38,665 bases of DNA from Gammaproteobacteria bacterium (GCA_038101125.1 JAYNVZ010000006.1:869-39533); one strand, 5' to 3'. Counted from the stretch's first letter, positions 1 through 8,272 are shown. The notes: a model not told the origin generated them from the letters alone. Numbers and translations: made by a program.

Positions 1-208
1 TCCCATAGATGATTTCCCTAGCTTCTTCATATGTCAATTTTTCACCTATTTTTTCGGCTTCAGCAACATACCATTTTGAGATACAATTACGACAAAAGTT
101 TGCAAGATTCATCATATCAATATTTTGAATATCTGGGTTTTGTCTTAAATGTTCCAGCAATCTCCTAAAGGTAGCAGATTCAATTTTAACTTTGTCATTA
201 TCCAACAT
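1..208 (-). CDS. DUF1244 family protein (partial, 3' end runs off the window)
   Basis: Not in ORF track. Manual translation from ATG 208: MLDNDKVKIESATFRRLLEHLRQNPDIQNIDMMNLANFCRNCISKWY...AREIIYG, matching the family pattern FRRL..HL....D.QNID.MNLA.FCRNC..KW. GAGGTG RBS just upstream. Confidence 0.85.
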   Translation of the reverse strand, partial: MLDNDKVKIESATFRRLLEHLRQNPDIQNIDMMNLANFCRNCISKWYVAEAEKIGEKLTYEEAREIIYG

Positions 209-281
209 ATATCACCTCTATTAGTTATGATATTAATATACCATAAAATTAAGTTATCTATGTCTCTGTTGTTTTAGGTTT

Positions 282-1172
282 TTAAATTATTTTGCTTTTT
301 TGAGATAATTGTATTCCAAAGATAATTACAACTAACCCTATTAAATAGTTCCACATAGCACTTTCATTGAAAAATATCACTCCAAATAATATCGCCCATA
401 CGGGGATAAGATAATTCATCATTGAAATAAAGGTCGCCCCTGAAGACTGAAGAATCTGAAAATATATTATTGTGGCGATTGCTGTACAGAATACACCTAG
501 AATAAAAACTGCTGAAACATGCCCAACACTTCCTACATTACTAGGTATTATATTCGAATTGAGACTAAGGTATATCAACATTATGGCGGCCGAGTATAAT
601 GTTACTCCTGTTGAAGCATTTAATGGATTTGTTATCTTAAATCTTTTTCCATAAACAGCTGCAAATGAATAAAATATAGCTCCTGATATAACCATTAGTT
701 CAGATGATAAGCCGTCTAGTAAAGAGGTTTTAAGGTCTGCTTTTCCAGGTAAAATAAGTATAATTATGCCTATGAATGCTATCAGAAAACCAATTAACTT
801 TTTCTTAGTCATCTGCTCATCATCTAAAAAAAAATGGGACAGAATTAATGTTGAAATTGGCATAGTTGACATTAATATTCCTGCTAATGAACTATCAATA
901 TCCATTTGACCATATGATATCAATAAAAATGGTGCCACTATACCCACAATACTCATAAACAAGTAGTATCTCCATTCAGACATTTTAATATCTACTTTTC
1001 TAAAAATTATTAGAATAAAAATAATCAGAACAATAGCCGCGATCAATAACCTGCCTGTTACAAGTATTTCGGGTGTATATGCTTCTAGAGCAAACTTATT
1101 GAGTGTGAATGCCCCTCCCCAGATAGCTGACAATAATAATAATAAGATACAATTTATTGTATATGAATTCAT
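282..1172 (-). CDS. EamA/DMT family transporter
   Basis: 296 aa, ~10 hydrophobic helices in two repeats; IWGGAF, 'SSLAGILMSTMPI', 'YLIPVWAILFGVIFFNE'. Confidence 0.9.
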   Translation of the reverse strand: MNSYTINCILLLLLSAIWGGAFTLNKFALEAYTPEILVTGRLLIAAIVLIIFILIIFRKVDIKMSEWRYYLFMSIVGIVAPFLLISYGQMDIDSSLAGILMSTMPISTLILSHFFLDDEQMTKKKLIGFLIAFIGIIILILPGKADLKTSLLDGLSSELMVISGAIFYSFAAVYGKRFKITNPLNASTGVTLYSAAIMLIYLSLNSNIIPSNVGSVGHVSAVFILGVFCTAIATIIYFQILQSSGATFISMMNYLIPVWAILFGVIFFNESAMWNYLIGLVVIIFGIQLSQKSKII

Positions 1173-1194
1173 CTTAAGTTATCCTTTTTTAATA

Positions 1195-1854
1195 ATGAAA
1201 ATATTATCTATAAACGTGTCAGAGCCAAAAAAAATCGTCTTCAATGGTAAAGAGCTTATCACAAGTATATACAAAAAACCCATCAATGGTTCGGTAGATG
1301 TATCAGATATCGGAATATCAGGTGATAGACAAGCAGATATGAAAGTTCATGGTGGTTATGATAAAGCTGTGTATGCCTATTCTTATAAACACTATAAAAG
1401 GTGGTCCGATGAAATGGGGCAAGAATATAGTGAGTATGGACTAGTTGGAGAAAACCTAACTATAGATGATTTTGATGAAAAATCAGTAAAAATAGGTGAT
1501 GAGTTTGAAGTTGGTAGCTGCATACTTCAAGTATCCCAACCAAGAATACCATGTTTCAAAATAGGAATTAAAATGAATAGCCGAGAATTTCCTAAAAAAT
1601 TTTCAACGAGTGGGCTTCTGGGCTCATATTTAAGAGTGATACGAAATGGATCGATACAAAGCGGTGATGAATTAAAATTAATTAAGACTGAGGAAAATAG
1701 CCTATCATTATTTGATATAGCTAGCATTTTATTTAAAGATATAAACAATACAGAAAAGATGAAGGCTGCTCTAGATCTGAAATATTTAACTGAAGAAATA
1801 AAAGAAAGGTTTAGAGAACGTTTAATGAAACTTGGGGATTTTGACTCCCTATAA
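1195..1854 (+). CDS. MOSC domain protein (YiiM-like, with C-terminal 3-alpha domain)
   Basis: GDRQAD..HGG.DKAVYAY, GENLT, QVSQPRIPCFK motifs. Start moved to ATG 1195 (MKILSINV) because the longer ORF overlaps the EamA gene. Confidence 0.88.
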   Translation: MKILSINVSEPKKIVFNGKELITSIYKKPINGSVDVSDIGISGDRQADMKVHGGYDKAVYAYSYKHYKRWSDEMGQEYSEYGLVGENLTIDDFDEKSVKIGDEFEVGSCILQVSQPRIPCFKIGIKMNSREFPKKFSTSGLLGSYLRVIRNGSIQSGDELKLIKTEENSLSLFDIASILFKDINNTEKMKAALDLKYLTEEIKERFRERLMKLGDFDSL

Positions 1855-1857
1855 AAT

Positions 1858-2037
1858 ATGAGAATATCGAATATTAAAATTATTGAAGATAGTGTTAAAT
1901 CTGTTAGCTGTACTGGTGATAAAGATAGTGGCTCACACCCACAAATTTTTTTAAAACTTAATGATGAAGAAGGCTCTATAGAGTGCTATTATTGTGGCAA
2001 GACATTTATACATAAGTCGAAATTTAAGAAAAAATAA
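1858..2037 (+). CDS. small CHCC-type zinc-finger protein (zf-CHCC / NDUFS6-like), 59 aa
   Basis: Below ORF-track cutoff. MRISNIKIIEDSVKSVSCTGDKDSGSHPQIFLKLNDEEGSIECYYCGKTFIHKSKFKKK; C-x8-H-x15-C-x2-C; stop overlaps hisI start (TAATG). Confidence 0.85.
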   Translation: MRISNIKIIEDSVKSVSCTGDKDSGSHPQIFLKLNDEEGSIECYYCGKTFIHKSKFKKK

Positions 2038-2492
2038 TGTTTAAAGAAAGAAAATCAGTAGAAGAAGTTGAAGAAGGGTTTAGTTTAAGCCCCAAGTTTA
2101 ATGATCAAGGGTTCATACCTGTTGTTACAACAGATACAAAAACTGGTGTACTTCTCATGCATGCGTTTATGAATGCAGAAGCTCTAAAATTGACCATTGA
2201 AACAAAAGAGGCGCATTATTACAGTAGAAGTAGAAAATGTATTTGGCACAAAGGCGCGACAAGTGGATTTGTCCAAAAAGTTGATCAAATGTTAATTGAT
2301 GATGACCAAGATTGTGTATGGATAAAAGTTACAGTTGCAGGTAATGCAAGTTGCCATGTAGGCTATTTCTCATGTTTTTATAGAGAAATTAAATATGACG
2401 GCAAAAATGTTAAATTAAGTTTCACCGAGAAAGAAAAGGTCTTTGATCCTGATGATGTGTATGGTGATGCACCAAACCCTACTATTCTATAA
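2037..2492 (+). CDS. hisI: phosphoribosyl-AMP cyclohydrolase
   Basis: LM.AFMN.EAL, YYSRSR..IWHKG.TSG, DDDQD, SCHVG..SCFYR. Confidence 0.93.
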   Translation: MFKERKSVEEVEEGFSLSPKFNDQGFIPVVTTDTKTGVLLMHAFMNAEALKLTIETKEAHYYSRSRKCIWHKGATSGFVQKVDQMLIDDDQDCVWIKVTVAGNASCHVGYFSCFYREIKYDGKNVKLSFTEKEKVFDPDDVYGDAPNPTIL

Positions 2493-2729
2493 ATTATTTA
2501 GGTTTAGGTTTTGGCTAAAGAACTGTGCTAGAACACCTGTTAGATAGCAAATAATCAAAACATACACTGGGCCCATGTATTGCATAGTATCAATAAAATA
2601 GCCTACGGAGCCTATTACAAAATTATAATTAGACACATAACCTTGAGTAAAATAAATAAATATTAGAACAGGGACCAAGATTAATGATCCGATAATAGTA
2701 CTTTTTATAAATTTTTTAAAAAATAACAT
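2487..2729 (-). CDS. hypothetical small membrane protein (2 predicted TM helices)
   Basis: 80-aa ORF filling the gap between hisI and the RibD-like gene; two hydrophobic stretches; no recognised motif. Confidence 0.55.
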   Translation of the reverse strand: MLFFKKFIKSTIIGSLILVPVLIFIYFTQGYVSNYNFVIGSVGYFIDTMQYMGPVYVLIICYLTGVLAQFFSQNLNLNNL

Positions 2730-2740
2730 ATAATTAAAAA

Positions 2741-3604
2741 ATGGTTAATAAACTTAGTATAACAAAGAAATCTTCATGGTCACTAGTTTTAGCGGCAAAA
2801 GAAACAGTATATGATGAAGAGAAACATTCTTCCCTGATATCTATAGAAAAAACTATTAGAGGGGTAAAATACACCCTAGCATATGATAGAAATTCTGAGA
2901 CGATACCTAAGTGTAATTTTATAATGGATAATTATAGTGAAATGCTATTTTCAACATTTCTTCCTATTATATTCAATAATCACCATAAACCATTTTTTGT
3001 AGCTCATTTAGCACAAACTCTTGATGGGTTTATTGCAACTGATTCTGGTGAATCAAAATATATTAGTTCCAAAGAAAACCTCACTCATATTCATATGATC
3101 AGGGCAATCTCTGATGTTATAATGGTAGGAAGCAAAACTGTAGCACTCGATAATCCTGAGCTAACCACTAGGTTTGTCAAAGGGCCAAGCCCGATGAGAA
3201 TAATTATAGATAAAGATAATAGATTATCTAATAAATATAACGTTTTCAAAAATTCTGATTCTAATGGTTATAAAATTATAAGTGATAAAATAAAAACAAA
3301 AGAAGATAATATTTTCCAGCTGCCTTTGGATAAAGGACGATTTAATGAGCAAGATATTATCTTGCTGCTAAGTAAGTTAAAGAAAAAAGTGATATTTATA
3401 GAGGGTGGCGGAGTAACAGTTTCAGATTTCTATAACAGAAACATTTTAAATAGGCTTCACTTATGCATTAGTCCAAGTATTCTTGGTAAAGGGAGGCCTA
3501 GCTTTATAACAAAAACAAAACAATCACTAGATGAAGCTAAATGTCATAAAACTAAATATTTTAAAATGGGTCAAGATATGCTTTGTGATATCAAACTATC
3601 TTGA
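2741..3604 (+). CDS. RibD C-terminal (pyrimidine reductase / DHFR-fold) domain protein
   Basis: AQTLDGFIAT..GESKYIS, R..SDVIMVG..TV..DNP.LT.R, IEGGG, P.ILG.G; no HAE/PC..C deaminase motifs. Confidence 0.88.
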   Translation: MVNKLSITKKSSWSLVLAAKETVYDEEKHSSLISIEKTIRGVKYTLAYDRNSETIPKCNFIMDNYSEMLFSTFLPIIFNNHHKPFFVAHLAQTLDGFIATDSGESKYISSKENLTHIHMIRAISDVIMVGSKTVALDNPELTTRFVKGPSPMRIIIDKDNRLSNKYNVFKNSDSNGYKIISDKIKTKEDNIFQLPLDKGRFNEQDIILLLSKLKKKVIFIEGGGVTVSDFYNRNILNRLHLCISPSILGKGRPSFITKTKQSLDEAKCHKTKYFKMGQDMLCDIKLS

Positions 3605-4489
3605 TTTAAGTCTTACTAAAAAGTATAAGCCAGGTAAAGAACAAATGAGATTTAATATCCCATACATTATAGCAACACTTATACTTACTGATGCAGATAA
3701 GCCCAATAGAAAAGATATTAATAGAGCTGCAAACTCTCTAACTCCCCAACCGCCAATACTAACAGGCAAAGTCATAGAGAATAGTATTATTGGAGTGAAA
3801 ACTAAAAACGAAAAATAATCTATGTTCAAGCCAAGAGAAACTGCAGATATTATATATATAAAAATATAAGACATCATTACAAAAAAAGACAATACTGTAT
3901 GTCTCCAGAAAACCTCTCCTGTAAAAACAGTTAGAAAATTATTTCCATAGTGCTTACTTCTTATATATTTTCTTAGTTTGTTATTAAAGATATATTTCAG
4001 GAAATAGAATGCGGCAATTAAAGGTAAAAATAAATAAGAAAAAGCAATGTATTTCTGATGAATGATAAAATATAAGCCCAAGGATAAGATAAAAAATGAT
4101 AAGAGCATTAGCTGGCCCGATAATCTCTCATATACAACTGATTGAAAGGACCTTCCCACTCTAAAGATCTCTTTTTTATCATCAATATGATGATAAATTC
4201 TAAAAATATCGCCCATAATACCACCTGGTAAGATATTATTCATAAATGTTGAAATATAATAAAACTTGATTGAGTTAATGAAACTAATATCAAGGTTTGT
4301 ATGTTTAGAAATATACTTCCACCTATATGCAGATAATATGTACTGTATAATACTTATGAAAATGATTAATATTATATAATTAATATTAACTAATTTAATT
4401 GTATCAATTATATCTTTACCGTAATTGATAAAAAGAATATAAATTAATCCTAAAGAAATTATATATTTACATATATCTATTATTTTCAT
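3596..4489 (-). CDS. lysylphosphatidylglycerol-synthase TM domain (UPF0104, flippase-like) membrane protein
   Basis: AYRW, F.NNILPGG.MGD.FR, SVVYERLSG, LPVSIGGWGVRE motifs; polytopic hydrophobic. Confidence 0.87.
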   Translation of the reverse strand: MKIIDICKYIISLGLIYILFINYGKDIIDTIKLVNINYIILIIFISIIQYILSAYRWKYISKHTNLDISFINSIKFYYISTFMNNILPGGIMGDIFRIYHHIDDKKEIFRVGRSFQSVVYERLSGQLMLLSFFILSLGLYFIIHQKYIAFSYLFLPLIAAFYFLKYIFNNKLRKYIRSKHYGNNFLTVFTGEVFWRHTVLSFFVMMSYIFIYIISAVSLGLNIDYFSFLVFTPIILFSMTLPVSIGGWGVREFAALLISFLLGLSASVSISVAIMYGILNLICSLPGLYFLVRLKSR

Positions 4490-5361
4490 TATGTCTCGAT
4501 CAATATATCTTTATGACCAACCACCAAATTACTGTTTTTATTTTCTATGTCATTTTGTTTAGATTTCAACCAATCTTCCAAGATATATTTATCAGTCAAT
4601 TCAAATTTTTTTAAAGGTTTGTAAATTGTATTGAGATATGCTTTTTGAAATATCCTTGAATCATTATCATGTGAGTCAACAGACCATGATGAATCAGCTA
4701 TATAACTTTTATAATCATTCTTTTTGGCGAGATTCTTAATGAAGTTTATGCTATTCAGGCCCAAGGCAACACCTGTTGTTTTTTCTTGTTTCTGATGCTG
4801 ATTGAACATTGAAACTATATACTTATCATGTTTATTTTTATTCTTCCATTTAACTCTCCCATCAAAACATATAGAAAAATATAGATTAGTGCCTTTATCA
4901 ATTTTATCAAATAAATATTTAATAAATTTTTTAGACAACAGATCTGACACAGCGGAAAAGCTTACTAGATTATAATCATTGATAATATCAATAGATTTAT
5001 AAAAATCTTGTTTTCTTAATGTAATAAAACCATCTTTATTATTTCTTATATTCTGAATTCTGTATGACATCATATTATCTTTTTTAAGAGATAAAGACAT
5101 CTTTGATAAATAGCTTTTTGTTCTAGGGTAAAAGCTTTTCAGCAATGCTTCATCATTATCAATAATTAGGAAATCATCATATATAATATTTTTGTAGTGA
5201 CACCATCTAAGAAAAGAACCATTACCACCCCCAAGGTCTATGACTTTTTTTAAGTTCATTTTATTATTTTTATATAGATTTTGAAGCAAATCACTTCTAG
5301 ATAACATATCATATGATTCTCTCAAATTAATCCAAGTGGTCGTAAATTTATTAGCTTGCAT
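4489..5361 (-). CDS. class I SAM-dependent methyltransferase
   Basis: W..LRE..D...RS N-terminus, IDLGGGNGS SAM motif. Start moved to ATG 5361 (MQANKF), which has AAGGG upstream and overlaps the GT stop. Confidence 0.8.
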   Translation of the reverse strand: MQANKFTTTWINLRESYDMLSRSDLLQNLYKNNKMNLKKVIDLGGGNGSFLRWCHYKNIIYDDFLIIDNDEALLKSFYPRTKSYLSKMSLSLKKDNMMSYRIQNIRNNKDGFITLRKQDFYKSIDIINDYNLVSFSAVSDLLSKKFIKYLFDKIDKGTNLYFSICFDGRVKWKNKNKHDKYIVSMFNQHQKQEKTTGVALGLNSINFIKNLAKKNDYKSYIADSSWSVDSHDNDSRIFQKAYLNTIYKPLKKFELTDKYILEDWLKSKQNDIENKNSNLVVGHKDILIET

Positions 5362-6337
5362 ATAATGCCCTTTTAAAAATTTTAGCAGTAGTGCTCCAAT
5401 TATAATATCTAAGTTTACTATTACTGATATACGGTTCTGATAATAAACTATATTCAATTGCCTCTGCTAATTTTTTACTATCATCCTTAGGGAAAAAAGT
5501 AACTTTTCCACCTTGTAAAGCTTCTTTTAAGACCGGTAGATCACTAGTGATAACATTCATACCCAATGCACAAGCTTCAACAAGGGAGATACCAAAACCC
5601 TCATAAGAGGTGGGTAATACGAATATCTTTGAGTTGAGCATATACTTCATCTTAGCATCATCAGAAATATTTCCTAAAAATGTTATATTCTCTGATAGTT
5701 TATATTTTTCTATTTGGCTAATGAGTTTAAGATAATAAATATCATTTTTTGAATACTTGCCAATAATATTAAGGTGCCACGTATGTTTAATTTTTGATAG
5801 GGATTCAATCAGAACATCATAACCTTTACGTTCTATTACATTACCTACAGTTAGTATATTTGTTGAATTTAAGTTCGTTTTATTTGAATAATATTTATCA
5901 TCAATACCTGGATATGCAACTTCTGTTTTAACGATTCTATCTATTAGTGAATTTATTACCTTTTTCATATAAAAACTAACAGTTATTATTGATTTAGAAT
6001 TACTAAAAGCTCTCCTTTCGTTAAAGTATAAATTTAAGTTTGACATTTTACCTTCCCTTTTTTCTAGACAACATGGATGATGAACTAATATGTGTATATT
6101 TTTATTAAATAAAAAAGATATTCTATTCGCTAAATAACCATCAATGAGAATGATCGATTTTTTGGGCATGTTATTAACTAAACTCAATAGTTTCATCTGA
6201 GTAATAGAATTTGAAACAATTATTTTTTTCGCAGGGACATGAAGTTTTTTTAAATATTTACATACTTCATGATCATATAATGTTCCACCAGTTGTAGTAC
6301 CTTCAAATTCAGGGAAAATAAAAAATAGTTTTTTCAT
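5351..6337 (-). CDS. glycosyltransferase family 4 (GT-B)
   Basis: TGG..YD, VGNVIERKG, FVLPTSYEGFGISLVEA (E-x7-E). Confidence 0.9.
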   Translation of the reverse strand: MKKLFFIFPEFEGTTTGGTLYDHEVCKYLKKLHVPAKKIIVSNSITQMKLLSLVNNMPKKSIILIDGYLANRISFLFNKNIHILVHHPCCLEKREGKMSNLNLYFNERRAFSNSKSIITVSFYMKKVINSLIDRIVKTEVAYPGIDDKYYSNKTNLNSTNILTVGNVIERKGYDVLIESLSKIKHTWHLNIIGKYSKNDIYYLKLISQIEKYKLSENITFLGNISDDAKMKYMLNSKIFVLPTSYEGFGISLVEACALGMNVITSDLPVLKEALQGGKVTFFPKDDSKKLAEAIEYSLLSEPYISNSKLRYYNWSTTAKIFKRALYAS

Positions 6338-6341
6338 TCAT

Positions 6342-6734
6342 TTATATTATTTTTTCATAAGAGGCAGAAGCTATATGGGATTCATTGAGTATCATTTTGA
6401 TACTATATATTTTTGATATATTAGTTTCTTCTTTATTTAGTTTTTCGATAAAATCATTTGTTAGTTGATATGCTAAAAATTCTGTAGTTGTAATAAATCC
6501 TTTTAAAGACTCTACTTCATCAAGATTCTTATAATTATATTTATTAATACATTCTTTTAGCAATTTAGATGCAAGTCCAATATCTATAACAACATTCATG
6601 CTAGAAAGTTCATTACTGCTTACTATAAGATCAATCACATATGTGGCTCCATGTAGATTTTTAGCTGGACCAAAGAATTCGTTATTAAGGCTATGTGCTA
6701 TAAATAAATTATCCCTGACTTTAACTTCGTACAT
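6342..6734 (-). CDS. 6-pyruvoyl-tetrahydropterin synthase / QueD-fold paralog (PTPS-IV-like)
   Basis: IAHS....FGPA..LHGATY, D.G, Y.NLD, TTEFLA, ESH.A.ASY; lacks the C-x3-HGH of QueD. Confidence 0.85.
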   Translation of the reverse strand: MYEVKVRDNLFIAHSLNNEFFGPAKNLHGATYVIDLIVSSNELSSMNVVIDIGLASKLLKECINKYNYKNLDEVESLKGFITTTEFLAYQLTNDFIEKLNKEETNISKIYSIKMILNESHIASASYEKII

Positions 6735-7719
6735 TTTTTTTTACTCCATAGTCAACAACTTTACAATAAAAGTTTTCATTATTTTTTATTTCAGAAAAGA
6801 AAATAGGTAAATCATAGAAATTCACCATTTTTTTCTCTATTAACAAATCTAATTTATCATTATCCAATAGACTTAGTGCAAGTTTTTTTCTATCATTATT
6901 GTCCCAGTATTTACTCCTATTATGTGAAACTTTGGATACTTGAGAGAAAATAATTTTAGCTCTTTTAGACAAAAATTCAGTACCAAATTTAACATTTGAA
7001 GTATCGTTTCCATACCAACTTAATATACATATTGTTGTCTCTTCCATTAGTTTTGTAGAAAGTTCATTGATAACAGATGAATTACCCGAACATTCATATA
7101 TTATATTCGCTTTATATGAATTGGGTATTTTCTGAGAAAATTCTATACCAAATTTTTTTGCAGTCTTTGATTTTTTGTTATCTTGATCAATTAATAATAT
7201 CTCTACTCCAGGAATTTTTTTCAATAAATATGCCGTTAACAGACCGACAATACCGGCACCTATAATTAATACTTTGTCACCACATGTTGGCAGAGTATCC
7301 CACATAGCATTGATAGCGGTTTCCATATTTGCTGTTAACAAGCATCTCTTTAGAGGGATCGAGTCTGGAATAATAATTAGATCTGATTCATCTATCGTAT
7401 ATAAAGTCTGATGGGGAAATAATGTATATACATATTTATTCTTAAATGCCGTAGATCCTTCTATAACCTTACCAACATTTATGTAACCATATTTTACATT
7501 TGCCCCAAATTCACCTTCTTGAAAGGGGCATTTCATTAGAGTGCGTTGATTTTTTGGTACACTACCAGTGTAAACTATCTTTTCTGTGCCATAACTAATG
7601 CCACTATATATAGTTTTTATCAAAGCTTGGCTTTTTTGAGGTATACTTAGAGGATGTTTCTTAATAAAACTAGTGTTTTGTTTTTTGATCCAAAATGATT
7701 CAGCTACAAGTTTTTTCAT
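6721..7719 (-). CDS. medium-chain dehydrogenase/reductase (MDR) family oxidoreductase
   Basis: YSGIS.GTE, KYGY.NVG, L.ANMETA.NA.WD, GAGIVG Rossmann motif, LSWYG. Confidence 0.87.
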   Translation of the reverse strand: MKKLVAESFWIKKQNTSFIKKHPLSIPQKSQALIKTIYSGISYGTEKIVYTGSVPKNQRTLMKCPFQEGEFGANVKYGYINVGKVIEGSTAFKNKYVYTLFPHQTLYTIDESDLIIIPDSIPLKRCLLTANMETAINAMWDTLPTCGDKVLIIGAGIVGLLTAYLLKKIPGVEILLIDQDNKKSKTAKKFGIEFSQKIPNSYKANIIYECSGNSSVINELSTKLMEETTICILSWYGNDTSNVKFGTEFLSKRAKIIFSQVSKVSHNRSKYWDNNDRKKLALSLLDNDKLDLLIEKKMVNFYDLPIFFSEIKNNENFYCKVVDYGVKKNVRS

Positions 7720-7736
7720 AATTTAATTAATTGTAT

Positions 7737-8272
7737 ATGAGTAAATCTAATTTAATAACAATTTCCTTTACATATTTGTTTTCAGTTTTACTGCTTTTAT
7801 TAACTTTTAAGGAACAGTTAACACTATTTATAATGAAAGCGCTTTTATCAGTCTTGCGTTTTTTTCATTACTTCTAGATGGGTTAGATGGATTTATTGCT
7901 AGGAGGTATAATGACACTTCCAAATTTGGAGAACTTTTTGATCAAGAGTCTGATAATTTTTTAATGTTTGTACTATCAATGTCACTTTACATAAATAAGG
8001 ATATAGGTTTATATGTTTTTCTGATTCCGGCATATCGATATATATTTATTACTTTGATGACTAAATATTCCTGGTTGAAAAATAATTTACCAGATAGCAT
8101 ATTAAGAAAATCCGCATGTGTTATGACAACACTATTAATGATAATCTCTCATGAGATATATTTTAATGAATATATCTTCAATTTTATAATAAATTTAGCA
8201 CTCTTTATAATTACATTTTCTTTTTCTAAGGATATAATTTGGTTATATAGGAATAAATATGAAAAAGGTTAA
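7737..8272 (+). pseudogene. CDP-alcohol phosphatidyltransferase family gene, frameshifted as sequenced
   Basis: Frame open 7811-8272 carries DGLDGFIARRYNDTSKFGELFDQESD (7877-7954), upstream of its first ATG (7964). ATG 7737 opens a hydrophobic frame that stops at TAG 7875-7877. Family is clear; pseudogene versus sequence error is not. Confidence 0.75.

Noticed and set aside
2037-2492. hisI as the missing cyclohydrolase of the PTPS-IV cluster
   Set aside because: HisI opens the adenine ring of PR-AMP, not GTP; it is separated by a convergent ORF and nothing but proximity supports the link.
6342-6734. Calling this queD, or a 7-deazaguanine DNA-modification island
   Set aside because: No C-x3-HGH motif, and no queC, queE, folE or dpdA/tgt neighbours.
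7964-8272. 103-codon ORF as an independent gene
   Set aside because: It is the C-terminal part of the CDP-alcohol phosphotransferase; the catalytic motif lies upstream in the same frame.
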